Assembly (NCBI GenBank): GCA_038087875.1
Contig: CM075998.1
Coordinates: forward strand, 496,001 to 560,000
DNA from: Malacoraja senta
Taxonomy: Eukaryota
Reading direction: 5' to 3'
DNA: 64,000 nucleotides
Position numbers and translations under genes: made by a program. Shown here in pieces: positions 24,256 to 38,700 of the stretch. The notes beneath the pieces were generated by a model. The model searched no databases. It had not been told where the DNA came from and worked only from the letters and a program-made list of their open reading frames with translations. How positions within the stretch are numbered: position 1 is the stretch's first letter; every line of letters starts with the position of its first letter.

Positions 24256-24290
24256 GGGTAACGTTTCGGGTCGAGACCCTTCTTCAGACT
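24256..24290 (-). ncRNA. Minimal type I hammerhead ribozyme motif within a short insertion (24194-24292)
   Basis: Minus strand reads AGT-CTGAAGA-A-GGGTC(TC)GACCC-GAAA-CGTT-ACCC; possible TSD TATCTGG at 24187-24193 and 24293-24299. Confidence 0.65.
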
Positions 24291-24791
24291 TGTATCTGGG
24301 ATCAGTTTATGTATTCAAAATCTACTTCCTACAAGTGAAATAACTTGAGGCAATCTCAATCGGTTCCTTAGTGGGTGCAGGTGCACATCACAGAACCAGC
24401 TATAACCCATCAAACTTTCCACCAAATTTCCATTAATGAAACTTTTCAGTGGACCAGCCTATGCTGTTATTTGCCCTTTGACTGTTTTCTCTCATTATGA
24501 TTCTTTCAGTCTCCACCTCATGTCTCTCCACAAGTAACTTGGTCAACTGATGCACATTCCTGCACTGGTTCCAGCATGGTGACAGGCAGATTAATCTTTT
24601 TGATTCAACTGTTTGACACATCAGGAAATTTTGATCTAATTTTGTGGTGTGGTGCAAATTAAACTATTAAATAATTGACAAGGCAACTTTAAGCCAATGC
24701 GCTGTAACACATGCTACGTAGCAATCTGAAGTTTGTGAGAAAGGTGAAAACAAGCAAAATCTCAGAGAAAAACAGCTTATAATAAAATGAA

Positions 24792-25265
24792 GGGCGGCAT
24801 GGTGGCACAGCAGTTAGCGCTGTTGCCTCACTGCTCCAGGAACGTGGGTCTGATCCAACCTCAGGTGCTGTCTGCACATTCTCTCCATGTGTGTGTGGGT
24901 GTCTTCTGGATCCTCCAGTTTCTTCCCACATCCCCAAAGATGTACGAGGGCCAGTTACCCTGAACCAAAATTAATGGCAAAAGGAACCAAAAGGGAGGAG
25001 AGGGGAGGGGGAAAGAGAGGGGTAGAGGGGAGGGGGAGAGAGAGAGGGGGAAGGGGGGGGAGGGTGCGGGGGGAAGAGAGGGGGAGGGGGGAAGAGAGGG
25101 GAGGGGGGGGAAGAGAGGGGGAGGATAGAGAGGAAAGAGAAGGGGAGGAGAGGGGGAGAGGAAAGAGAGGGGGAGAGGAAAGAGAGAGAGGGGGGGGAGA
25201 GAATACATCAGGGCAGTAAGGGAATGGGGTTGATCTCCTGCGAGCCAATGGCTGAGTTGTTTCCT
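24792..25265 (+). mobile_element. Older V-SINE containing an expanded polypurine tract
   Basis: SINE head GGCATGGTGGCACAGC and core TTCCCACATCCCCAAAGA precede the tract. Confidence 0.6.
24990..25203. repeat. ~210-bp G/A polypurine low-complexity tract
   Basis: Almost only G and A, with many G-runs of 3 or more. Confidence 0.95.
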
Positions 25266-26149
25266 GTTATTTCTGTATTAGTACAATCCCAACGCTCCAG
25301 ATACCATTACAAGTAGAAAATGAGGTTGTTTTATTTGGAGACACTAGAGGAGGAGTTTTTCATTCAATACCCATCCCCCAAATTACATTAACAAAAATGC
25401 CAAACTTTAGCTCCCGCATCCTTCCGACTCAGTGTCCTCAGGACAAGCCACCTTCACTGTGCTATAAATCTCAACTGAAACAATACAGCAGCGTTGCATA
25501 CCTGGCCTTTCACTGCCTCAGGCATGGAGTTTTTATGAGCTCATTTTGGAACTTGCTACCCTTCTACCCTTCCTCAAATACTTCTGGAAATCTAAAGACA
25601 TTGAAGTAGGAGGAAGCAAACTTTTATTGGCACTCAAAGTCACGCAACAGCACTCGGGCTTCATAGAGTTGAAGAGGGAAGGCTATAAATCAATGGACAC
25701 CACCTGCAAGGTTCAACAGCGAGGTTGTTCCTGCTGCAGCCTTTCACTTTGTGACTCATTTTCTTTTCCAATGTAAAATAGCTCATCTCCCCAGGAGGCA
25801 CTATGTATGACAGCTCAGAAAGTGGCAATGGAGCTCCCAAACTACAAATTTTCCATGAGCTTGCACAATTTCAAGAGGGGTGGCCGAACAGTGGTTAGGA
25901 GCAGGAACCTAGTTGATTCTCTTTCCTCACCGTTGCTCTGTGCAACTCTGGTTCTGAATAAAAGCAAGCAGCTTAATAGAGACTAACGTAGCAACTTGAT
26001 CTGTATGGCAAGGAAAATTTCAAACGGAGGAGTTTGCCAGCAAGTTTGCTGACTCATGTTGAACAGCTCATATTCCGCAGTAAGGCCGATTACAACAGTG
26101 GTACCATAATCGCAACAGCGTCTCTGAATATACCAAACCTCGCTGTGGC

Positions 26150-27435
26150 TGCCGACTACTACATCTATCCTCTTATAAACTTGTCCTCGCCCTCAACTAC
26201 TTCTCTTTTGACTCCTCCCATTTTCTCCAAGTTAACAGGTGTAGCCATGGGCACTCACATGGGCCCCAGCTATGCCTGGCTTTTTGTTGAGTATGTCAAA
26301 CAATCCTTGTTCCAGGCATATACTGGTCCCATCCCCTCAACTTTCTCCGTTACATTGACGACTGCATCGGGACTGCTTCCTGCATCAGCGTAGAATGCAT
26401 GAACCTCATCACTAACTTCCATCCTGCCCTCAAATTCACCTGGACTATCTGACACCTCTCTCCCCTTTCTTCATCTCTCTTGTCTCCATCACAGGAGACA
26501 GACTATTACCCAACATCTACTACAAACCTACCAACTCACCACACAAGGACAATTCTCCCGGTCCTCTTTCAACTCACCAGTTTCCGCATCTAACACACCA
26601 TCCTCCAACATTTCCGTAACCTCCAATGTGATCCCACCACAAATCACATCTTCCCATCTCCACACCTTTCCGCTCCATCTACAACTCCTTGGTTCACTCA
26701 TCCCCTTCCACCCCCACCCCAGCAATTGCAGGAGACGCAACACCTGTCCTTACACTTCCACCCTCAACTCAATTCAGGGACCATGACAGTCCTTCCTGGT
26801 GGGACCGAGGTTCTCATGCGCCTGTTCTACTGCATTCGGTGTTCCTGATGTGTCCTGTTGGCGAGACGAAGCATAGACTCAGCGACCACTTCGCTGAAAG
26901 CTGATGCTCGGTCTGCCAAAGCCAAGTGGATCTCCCAGTTGCTAACCATTTTAACTCTCCTTACCATTCCCACACTGCCCTTTCTGTCGTGGGTCTCCTC
27001 CATTGCCAGAGTGAGGCCACATGCAAATTGGAAGAGCAGCACCTCATATCTCACTTAGGTAGCTTGCAACCCAGCGGTATGAACGTTGAATTTTCTAATT
27101 TTGCGTAACTTTTACAAATACCTCCCTCCCCTGTCCTTCCTCTACTAAAGGTCCATTAACCAGCTCCAGTTTGCAACAATGTATTCCTCTTGGCCTCACA
27201 CCCGTCTCCAGCCAACAATCAGCCGATCATGGAACCTCCTTGCCTGAGGTCATCTGTTGCTGGCCCCAATTTGGCCTGTTTTTCCCCCACCTTGGTTCAT
27301 TTCCTTTCCCGTGCACTCTCCCAACTACAATCAGTCTGAAGATGGGTCCCGACCCAAAACGTCACCTATCAGCTGAGTTACTCAAGCATTTTGTCTCTTT
27401 GGTATAAACCAGCATTTGCAGTTCCTTTTTATTAC
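26150..27435 (+). mobile_element. 5'-truncated, frameshifted Penelope-like retroelement with terminal repeat
   Basis: RT motifs GVAMGTHMGPSYA and FLRYIDDCI; GIY-YIG region GETKHRLSDHFAE and PVANHFNS...LEEQHLISHLGSLQPSGMNVEFS; terminal decayed hammerhead near 27336-27365. Confidence 0.88.
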
Positions 27436-30400
27436 TACATCTATTTATTTTGCCTGCAGTGAGATTACTCTCATGATCAAATACTCCATCAACAGAGGGG
27501 TCATCCGAGTGAGGTACTAGAGAAGGCCCATGGGCTGGCACCTCAGGAGTGATGGTTCGAGCGGTAAAATGAATAACCAAATGTGAAACGCGAACTCCTC
27601 AGATATACTAGCATTCACTATCACCACCTAAGTTGAAAGAATGTATTTTGGAACACATTCAATTAAGTAAATTAATTGTTACCACTCTCAGATCTTCACA
27701 AAGAATCCAGGGATGGGAACAGTATAAGATTTGATCCCACACCCTTTAGATGCAAATTGTTTAAGATTCTTTCTGTTTTAAGACCAGTTTTTTCCCACAT
27801 GGAACAGATGTGAGGAGGAAGACCCCTACCTGTTCCCCATAAACCAACAACACGTTTAGGAATTCCACTCTAATTACTGTTTATTCTGCTCTGGTGGCAA
27901 AATAGGGCTAAACTGTTTAACCCTTCCCAACCCAGGCTCCAAGGACAGATACATTGAATTTTAAAAAACTTTCCAACTTTTCATAAACCCTAATTCTTTC
28001 TTCACTATACCTTTACTTCAGCAATGACAGTTGTTGGAGAAACATTGAACCACGTCACTGCAAAACTGACCGTCACCTGCTGCTAACTTAGAGTTGCCAA
28101 ATATTAGTCAATGTAGTTCTGACGCATGATTAAATAGTGGAAAATCTCAGCTTTTTGCAGCTGTTCAGAAGACAGTTTGAAGTCACATATCAGTTAGAGC
28201 AAGGCTTAGACACAATATCACCTAAGTGAGTTAGCCTGCTGCTTGAAACAACCGAGTTACTGCAGAAGTGGAGAGCCAAACAGATTATTTCTGTGCTGTA
28301 CAACTCAAGTGGGCACAAACCATCAAACTCTGCACCCCATTATGAGAAAAGGGGAAAATTCAGTTTGGCCAGGTGCAAAATTATTGATAATAGATCAGCT
28401 GCATGTTCGGTGATCCTCCTTTCTAATTTGCAAGTCGTTACTAAAGCGGTGGTTGAAAGGTTGGCCTCTGATAGCCTGAGAGCTGGGTGGGGGTTGGGAG
28501 AAAAGAGCAAATAGAAAAGCTCCAGAGGGAATAGCACTGGTAAAATATTGCAAAAAAGAGCAAGGCTGGGTGGATTAAAAAAAACTTTCTGTGCATCAGA
28601 GGCAGAGAGCTGGGAGAGGGACTGACGACACCTTGCTAAGTAGATACTGTTGGATTCACATAACTGGCACTGTTTGCTCTGATTCAAGCCTTTACATTTA
28701 TAAAGCTTTTAAACTCGCATGTACCCGCTTGCTATTGCAAAATTCCAAACATCAGAAATGTCACTCTGAACAATGTGATTAGGAAACTTCTGCAAGATGC
28801 ATCGAAGATAACTTTTGACACAAAATGAATTATAGAATAAAGTTTACTGGCAATTGAGGGGGGACAAGGAACAAAGCAAAAGTAGTACCATTAGTGCCAT
28901 GAAAAGAGCTGTTGAGCTTGAAGACATCAGTTGGAAGAGCTGGCGTTGTCCTCAAAAGAGTTAAACACTTGGTTGTAAAGGGAATTGTGAGAAAGGAAAC
29001 TCGGTTTCATTCTCTCATCTACCTGCAAGGAGCTATTTAACAGAGCAAGCGGAACTAGTGGGGACGTGTGAAGAGACAACACAAGTCACCCTGCACATCC
29101 CAGTTTCCTTCAATTCTCCCAAGATAACACTAAAAACTATACTCTGATTTTAAAGGATAGCAGCAAGATCCATTGTACTGCAAGATTTCTTCAGCTGAAA
29201 CCACTTTCATGTTTGAATATTTACAATCAAATATCTCAGCACATTTATAAAAACAAGTCTGTGTGTATAACACTCGACCAAAAAAGGTGCAAAATTGCTG
29301 CAGATACAGTGGAACAAGAGAACAATACACATTTAACAGAGGACAGGGTTGACATTAGCACTGTTTACTATTTATCCACTTCCTTAATGAAGGAGTACAC
29401 TTTAACAGGAGGAACGTGGTGGGCAGGGCAAGTAATTTGACAATGCATGACAAATTGATTCCTACACATGCCACAATTTGCTACACAGTACCTTGAATAT
29501 TTTACACAAGGTCAAATGTGTCACAGAACCTAGTTTGAGGGCTAAATTACATACCAGTGATAGTTTTTTTCCTATTTTACCCAAACATTATATCCAAAAA
29601 TACACTGCAACAAGGCTGTATCCTCCAGTACTGTTGAATCATTGGGTTCATTTTTAACTGATTGCAGAATGAAATCAAAACTAAAGCACACCTCTGTAGT
29701 GGAAACACTGAATTGATTATCCTAATTTATTCTAATCAAATGATAATATTCTTCAGCATCCCTTCAATCTCAAAGATCTGAAATGTCTTTGCTGTAGGCT
29801 TAAACTGTTCAGAATCTCTGCATTATGGAGAAAACTAGTTTGCAAGTTTCCCCAAGCAAGAAGGAAAGAGGCAGCCAAAATGTTAACTTCGATATACTGT
29901 CACCAGTGCAATCAAGTCATTTCCACTTCTTGAATGATTCAGCGTAGGACAGTTCTTCAATTTAATTTGAAAGTTGCTTAGTCCCAAAATAAAATTACAG
30001 GTAGTTAAACTGCCCACTATTCAAAGGCAGAAGCAGAAGTAAAAAACCCTTTTAAAATGCAAAGAATATCCGAGGCATTCTTCAGATAGGAAAGTGGATA
30101 GTTCAACACTGTTCTGGAAATGCGAGGGAGAATATGGGCTGAATGGGTTCCTTCCATAATATAAATTTCTAAAGCCCCAAGTCGGACAAAATAGAAGTAA
30201 AATAAAATAGCATCCAATCTCAAGAGCACCCCTCCTGCACCAGCATATATTCCGCATTTCCCTTATAACCCACCTTCTGATCTTCAGATAAAGGTTACCT
30301 AATTAGTGCTAAACCATAGGCAATTATGTGCTGTATGCCAATACCCCACAAAGAACTCAGTTGAGAATGTCCAAATTCATTTTTCAAGATGCTTACAGTC

Positions 30401-32697
30401 CAAAGCAGAATTTCAGTAAAGATGCAAGAAATCAGTTTGTTGTATAACCACTTTCCACCACATCCATTAATACACTAGAGACTTCGAGTCATAGGGAAAC
30501 ATGTTGTGACAATTTTCTTTCTGTGGGGTCGAGGCATCAACGATGAAGATCCCAATTTTGTTTGCTGCGTTGTATTGAATTTGCAGCAGCACCATATGGC
30601 CTCAGCATCCACAGGCCTTCTGTTCCGTCACCTCTGCTACAAGTGTACACAGTGTAAGCACAGGATCCTGATCAGCTGCTTTTAGCTAACCATGGCAAGC
30701 TACACTCACATTTACCATCGTGTTTGCACGAGTGATCGGATGGACAACGGAGAGAAAATGTTACAGGCGAGTCAATGACAGCATGCTGCATAGAGGCCAT
30801 TAAATGTTGGAGTCAGGCAAGAGAAGACTTGCAACAATGCCTCTACAATCCAATATCCCGTTGCAAAAACAAAAACCAGGCGTGGTATGACATGATTTCA
30901 TGTACACAAGGAAACAAATATTATACTGCCAGATATGGAAGAAGCTGGACAGAATGAAATGCCCGACTTTAGAACTTGTATTAGAGATCATATAGAAAGA
31001 AAATTTTAAGACAAAGAATATTGGCACATGAATTTGTAGAAAATGTAGTCCAGCAACTTGAAAAGTTGACTTTATTGGGGGACTGGAGGGTGTTTTTTCT
31101 TCAAATGAGGAAACAAGCTTTAAACCAATTACAATTCAAACTATTCACGTGTGTGGATACATCTAACATGAAAATTGAAAATTTATCAAGTAGTTCAATG
31201 TGAAATGGTGCTTAGACAAGGAGTTTTACATTACATCACACTACCTGCCAGTCTGTAGGAAACAAGTCACCAGGTTTATGTCACATACCACCCATTATGA
31301 TCAAATATTTATTGTTCTAGTAAATCAAGGCCTGTTAGAAGACAGAGCTGGAAAGAAATGAGAGAATGGAATGTCACGTTTTCCTTAATGGATAGTTAGG
31401 TGGTTGCAGACTAAAATGCGTTGGGCCACCTGAATTACAAAATGAAAATGCTGCACAACAGGATTTAGCTGGTTATTTCATGTCTGTACACGACACACTG
31501 GATATCACCCAATGCAATTTTACTATCCAATTCCCCATGGACCAGCTAACCTGTCATTAGTCCCTTTTGCTCTTTAGCAAAATAAACAAAACTCAGTGGA
31601 ACATTTAAAAAAAAATCCCACCATTAAAAATGGAAAAAAAGTACTTGATGCTGGTTGCCATGATCAAAGTAAAACCAACAATGAAGCAAATGAGACACAA
31701 ATCTACTTCATTTCTTGATTGCACACACAAGCTTGTAGTCTCAATTACTTCAGTTATTTCTATTTAAAAAAAACCATAGCTAGCAGGGAGTGTACAATGA
31801 TCAGACAAATACCTGTGCACAATCTTGGTACAACTTATGTCTTAAACTAAGTTACCCTGGTCATCAGGTTTTCGCCACCTTTGGGTTGGAAAGAGAATGA
31901 ATAATGACCAAGTCATGGGGTATGCAGTATAAATTAGGAAACAAATCAGATGGATGGCAGTTGATGTATACAATGGTAACCAAAATCTCTAAACCCATTT
32001 CATCTGATGCCAACACTCAAATATCAGAAAATATTAACCACCATCTGTCTCTCTCTCTCTCTATATATATATAAAACAAAATCACATATCTACTACCCCT
32101 TTGCGTTCAATAGAATTGAAATATTCCACACCGGGCTGAGGAATAGGTTGTATGGTGCATCTTCTACAAGTAGCCTTATTTCTAGAACCGCTTCCATCAT
32201 GTGTGTGGCAGAGTCCATATTGAAGAACCCACAATCTTATTCACCCCCCCCCCCCCATCTATCAGGGTTTTAATTTGCTTAAATGTTTAAAAACATGGTG
32301 TGGCAATAGTATCACGACAAATAAATCACGTGCACTTTCATTTACAAATCAGATTTTTTTCCAGCTTGCACTGTTTTTAAACAAAAGCAACCTCTTTAAT
32401 TAACAAATTTCACTCAGTTGTACAGTACCTGCACAAAGCTCCACTAAGATTATCTCTTGGCTGCAACAGTGATGCGCAGTCCATGCCATTGCAGCATCTT
32501 ATTCCTCGAGGCAATTGTACAATCTAGCAGTTGTAATTAAATAAGTCATCTAATTCCGGACATCTTGCAAACACCATTACTGCAAACTGATACACAATAG
32601 GGAAATAAAGCACATTTTCAGTTTAAAAAGTATCCTAAAAAAAATCTACTTGATACACATTTAAAATATTCTTGGTAAAAAAAAAAGCAAGGTGTTA

Positions 32698-32739
32698 TCA
32701 GACAATCCCAAAACGTTCTGCTCTTTTCCTCTTCTTTGC
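32698..32739 (-). CDS. SARNP: SARNP exon 11 coding part (AKKRKRAERFGIV*)
   Basis: ttttttcccag|GCA AAG ... GTC TGA. Confidence 0.95.
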   Translation of the reverse strand, partial: AKKRKRAERFGIV

Positions 32740-35700
32740 CTGGGAAAAAAAGGATTGGAAAGGTTTAGGTTTATTATTGTCATGTGTACAGAGTAGAGTG
32801 AAAAGCCTTGTTTTGCATGCTATCCAAACAGATAAGATAATACTATACATACATGCAAACAGGTCAAACTCAAGAGCATTAGGTGGAGCAAAGTGGAAAA
32901 TACAGAGTGTAGAATCTAGTTCTCAGCATTGTAGCGCATCAGTTCCAGAGACAAAGTCCAATGTCAACAATGAGGTAGAGGCGAATTGGACAGTACCCTA
33001 GCTTATGGAAGGATCGTTCAGAAGCTTGATAACAGAAGGAGTGATTTACAATTACGATAATTTTCTTATCACCGGCAGTTTCCTGGTTACTAATGCCCAA
33101 CTAATTGGCATGCCTACATACGATCAAGCTCCCGTAATATAAATTCAAAAGTCTGACATTCCTTCCCTACAGATGGCAAAACTACACTCGTCTTTCTCTC
33201 AACTGATAGTAATTGTTCTTTCTTACCAATCTTGTGTTTTGATACCATTCATTACAATGCTGTGGTAATACAGTTATATCAAGTGACTTCTATGTATTTA
33301 CAGATAAAACTCGACTTACAGATGCCTGTACAAAGGGAACCCATTCATTACCTGGGAACAGCCTGTTCATTAGATCGACTCTAATGATCTAACTACTATG
33401 ATGGTTATACCACTATGACAACTCATGGATCAATGGGTGATCAGGACACTCACATCCACCATCATTCTCTTCCTGATGGAATAAATTATGCACAGCCTGT
33501 GAAAGGATTCTATAGCATATTTAATGCTATACCTACAGCCGCTTAACTGGAATGCAATTAAATCCAATTAGTCCACACTGTGAGCTTCATGTGAAGAAGG
33601 AATTTAATTGCACCTTGGTGTATATGACAATAAACTGATCAGAATATAGGAATGAGAGGAGCCCAGAGACAGTTCTTGCATTCCATGGTGCCACAGTTGA
33701 TCTATATCTGAATTCCACCCACCCATGGTCCCATCGCCTATTGAACCCTGCACTGGCAAAAGTTTATTTATCTTTCATTTAAAATAATTAAAATCAAGAC
33801 TTTGTCAGTTATAATCATATTGCATTATTTAATCACTTCATAGACTTCAAAGTACTAAAACTAACAGCCAAAGGTTAATTTACCTGCACTTTATGCAACT
33901 GATTATGAACAAATCTAAAGGGCAGAGCTGGTGGGTTTCCATGGTGTTAGATAATTGTACTAGTTTGATTACCTCCACATCATCTCCACCTCCTCCTGAA
34001 CTGGTCACAATTCCGAATCGCTCCTTCCTCTTCTTCATCTTCTCGTCATCTTCAGTCTACAAGAAAAACAAATACACATTAAAGGTTGCGATCAAAATTG
34101 TTCGTGGGCAGAAATATTCAGCTCAACAAGCATGCACAATGCAACATAATACAAGGCAGACAATAGTACTGAAGAATGGACACTTGGGTAAAACCCGAGG
34201 ACTGGGATTGCCCTGCGGTCAAAAATCATTAAAAATTTGAAATGAACAGGTCAAAAAAGATTCCCAACACATAATGTATTGCACAAGTTTCAATGTTTCC
34301 TGTGCCTCCAGGAGAGCAAAGGGTTAAAGTAAAGTAATTCTTCAGTTAAACCCAAGTAAAGCATAATGACATTGGTAGGGCAGATAATACACCACTGCAT
34401 TAAGAACTCATGTAGTCATGTCTCAATGAGCTAGAAATAGAAAACATATAATTGGATATCAAACTTTCAGAGTATCCCTTATTAAATGGCTACAAAACTC
34501 TAAATGCTCTAGTTTATTGGTAATACACCTCTTTTGATGCACGCAAGTTAAAAAAAAACTGAAATTCAACCTCCCAGCTTTCACTGTTTTGCAAACATCA
34601 CTCATCTGTGCAATACAAAGCAGCTTCAAAATGGTGAAGTATGCTGAATTAAGCAGGACAATCTGTTGGTATCAAGTGGGATTCTGCCCTATTAAAGAGA
34701 CTCAAGCACAGAATAGCCATGTCTTGGTTATGTAGCAATTTGAAAGACAAACAAGAGGCTCTTACTGATGACAAATGATTTAGTGTTGACGATACCAAAA
34801 AACAACAGTACAATGTGATAGGCTGACTTCTTGGATTAGAATCAGACCCCTGAAAAGTAGATTTTCAATTCAAAAGCAACACATTAAGTTGGAACCAGGG
34901 GGAACAAAACAGCCTGTTCAGTACCCTTTTCTCCTCAGGTCTACAGGCTGCATTTCAAGCGCTTATTGGCAGCGTTGCTCTCGAGCTTCTCTCAGATGTC
35001 ATAATGCTTACCTGACATTTGGCTCTGCAGAAACAGCAATTTTCTCCAACTCAGTAAGTGGGAAGGCCAGAGTTTGTGTCTTTGGTTCCTGGCATAATTG
35101 TTCCCCAATTTTCCCCAGATTTGTGTCCACCCTGCGATGTATGTTTTTGATTCCAAGTCCAAATAGTTACAAACCGCAAACAAAGTTCCATCACTGATCC
35201 TTGTTGTACCTTTCCATCTTACGCCACTGTTTAATGTCGATGCCCGATAACTAGCTATTCTACCACTCACCTCCTAACTCTATATTTTCTCCGAGTGTGT
35301 GCAGCACCTTACTAAATACCTTCTGGAAATCTAGATAACAGACATCTATTGAATTATCCTTATCTATTCTTTCCATATAACCCAGAATACTGTTCTCTCA
35401 ATCTCTCCTTCAGCTCCTTAAACTCACCTCTGACCAAGCTTTGGTCATTTGTCCTGGTAGCACATTATGCCACTCAAGTCCTATCCACGCCCTAAGCTAA
35501 AGGAACTACATAAATGCGAAGTATTGCTGTGTACCATTTCGCAAGATCACGGTGGCGCAGCAGCAGAATTGTTGCCATACAGCAAATGCAGCGCCGGAGA
35601 CCCGGGTTCGATCCTGACTACGAGTGCTGTCTGTACGGAGTTTGTACGTTCTCCCAGTCACCTGCGTGGGTTTTCTCCAAGATCTTCGGGTTCCTCCCAC

Positions 35701-38700
35701 ACTCCAAAGACGTACAGGTTTGTAAGTTAATTGGCTTGGTGAACGTAAAAATTGTCCCCAGTGTGTGTAGGATAGTGTTAATTTGCAGGGATCGCTGGTC
35801 GGCGCGGATCCGGTGGGCCTGTTTCCACGCTGTATCTCTAAACTAAACTAAAATCTAAAAAAATGTTTAAATGGTGCTGGACAAATTTGAAAAATTGAAA
35901 ACCCCATAATAGTCTTAGAGTGATACAGTATGGAAACAGGCCCTTTGGCCCAACTCACCCAACAATGTCCCAGCTACACTATTCCCACTTGCCTGCGCTT
36001 CGTCCATAACCCTCCAAACCTGTCCTATCCATGCACCTGTCTAATTGTTTCTTAAACGATGGGATAGTACCAGCCTCAACTACCTCCTCTGGCAGCTTGT
36101 TCCATACACCCACCAACCACCCTTTGTGTGAAAAAGTTACCCCTCGAATTCCTATTAAATCTTTTCCCCTTCACCTTGAACCTATGACCTCTGGTCCTCG
36201 ATTCCCCTACTCCAGGCAAAAGACTCTGTGCATCTACCCGATCTATTCCTCTCATGATCTTATACACCTCCAAAAGATCACCCCTTATCCTCCTGTGCTC
36301 CATGGAATAGAGACCCAGCCTGCTGAATCTCTCCCTATAGCTCACATCCTTTAGTCCTGACTACATCCTCGTAAGTCTTTTCTGACCCCTTTCAAGTTTG
36401 ACAATATCTTTCCTGGAACATGGTGCCCAGAACGGAACACAATATTCTAAATGCGGTCTCACCAACGTCTTATACAACTGCAACATGACCTCCCAACTTC
36501 TATACTCAATACTCTGACTGATGAAGGCTAAAGTGCCAAAAGCCTTTTTGACCACCTTATCTACCTGCGACTCGACCTTCAAGGAACCATGCACCTGTAC
36601 TCCTAGATCCCTCTGCTCTACAACACTACCCAGAGGCCTACCATTTACTGTGTAGGTCCTGCCCTGGTTCGACTTCCCAAAATGAAACACCTCACACTTC
36701 TCTGTATTAAATTCCATCAACCATTCCTCCGCTCACCTGGCCAATCGATCCAGATCCTGCTGCAATCGTTCACAACCATCTTCACTATCTGCAAAACCGC
36801 TAACTTTTGTATCATCAGCAAACTTGCTAATCTTGCCCTGTATGTTCTCATCCAAATCGTTGATGTAGATGACAAACAGTAACGGGCCCAGCACTGAACC
36901 CCGAGACATACCATTAATCACAGCCATCCAGTCTGAGAAGCAACCTTCCACCATTACCCTCTGCTTCCTTCCATGGAGCCAATTTGCTATCCATTCAGCT
37001 ATCTCTCCTCGGATCCCATGCAATCTATCCAGAGCAGCCGACCATACGGAACCTTGTCGAACACCTTACTGAACATGTGGACCCTCTCCGTCCCTATCCA
37101 TAACTATCTTAAACCTAATCCAACTGTGGTCACTGGTCCCGAAAGGCTCCTCCACACACACTTCATTAACTTGCCCTTCCCAATTTCCCAATACTAGATC
37201 CAGTGTTGCCCTCTCACGTGTGGGGGCCTCCACATACTGCTTAAGAAAACTCTCCTGAACACTTTTGAAGAATTGCACCCCATCTGAACCCTTCACGCTA
37301 TGATTTTCACAGTCGATATTAGGAAAGTTAAAATCCCCCACTACAACAACCTTATTTGACCTGCAGCTGTCTGCAATCTCCCGGCACATTTGTTCTTCCA
37401 ATTCCCGTTGACTATTCAGGGGTCTGTAATACACCCCCAACAAAGTGATCATCCCTTTTTTGTTCCTCAGCTCCACCCAAATAGCCTCACTAGACGAATC
37501 GTCCGTAATGTCACCTCTGAACACAGCCGTGACATCCTCCTTAACCAACAATGCAACCCCCCCCCCTCCTGTTTTTCCCTCGCCCTGTCTCTCCTGAAGC
37601 TCCTGTACCCCGGAACATTGAGCTGCCAGTCCTGCCCCTCCCTTAACCGGGTTTCAGTCATGGCTACAACGTCCCAGTCGCTCGTACCTATCCACGCCCT
37701 AAGCTCATCTGCCTTGCCCGTCAGGCCCCTTGCATTAAAATACGTGCAGTTTAAACCACCCCTCCTTCCTCGCTCTCTGCCTTTCACCTGTCTATTCTGT
37801 CCACTAACCTTTCCCTCACCACCCTCCATACCAACTTTTAGCCTCTCACATGCCTCTGTCCTGCACGAGATCCCACCCCCCTGACAATCTAGTTTAACCC
37901 TTCCCGTGTAGCATTCGTGAACCTTCCCGCTAGGATGTTGGTCCCCCTCCAGTTTAGGTGCAATCCGTCCCTTTTATACAGGTCACCCCTGCCCCAGAAG
38001 AGATCCCAATAATCCAGAAATCTGAATCCCTGCCCCCTGCACCAACTCCTCAGCCACATATTCATATCCCCAATCTTCCTAATCTTACCTTCACTAGCAC
38101 GAGGTACTGGAAGCAATCCTGAGATCACTACCCTGCAGGTCCTGCATTTCCGTCTTCTACCCAATTCCGTAAATTCTTGTTGCAGAACCTCCTTCCTCTT
38201 CCGACCTATATCATTTGTGCCAACATGCACAACAACCTCCGGCTGCTCCCCCTCACTCTTGAAGATGCCGTGCAGCCGCTCCGAGACGTCCTGGACCTTG
38301 GCACCAGGGAGGCAACACACTATCCTGGAGTCTCGCCTGTTGCCGCAGAATCTCCTGTCAGCACCTCTGTCGATGGAGTCTCCCACCACTATGGCTCTGC
38401 CTGACGTCACTTCCCCGTTGAGCCTTGGCACCAGGGTTGGAATCACAGCCCTGGCTACCACTCAATCTTGTCATGTCATCTGCTCCAAAGAGGGTGGGCC
38501 TGTTTTCAGTATGTACAGCCAACGGGGTCTCCTACAATCCACTTTTATTGCTCTTTCTCAGTCACCCATCTTCACACTTCCTGTATCCTTGGTGTGACAA
38601 TCTCACTGTAGGTTTTGTCCAGGAAACTCTCATTTCCCCGGACAAGACAACTAGTACAGGAGGATTCAACGTAATCTCTTTCCCTTTTGAAACTTCAAAT

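Noticed and set aside
24861-25248. Pro-rich and Gly/Arg/Glu-rich ORFs
   Set aside because: They are translations of the polypurine tract.
30500-30640. Possible alternative terminal SARNP exon
   Set aside because: Weak polypyrimidine tract, immediate stop and no homology support.
35548-35625. tRNA gene
   Set aside because: The A and B boxes belong to a SINE head followed by SINE core and LINE-like tail; no complete cloverleaf.
37889-38461. Stand-alone host GDSL lipase gene
   Set aside because: Directly upstream of the endonuclease and RT of a CR1 LINE; it is the element's ORF1.
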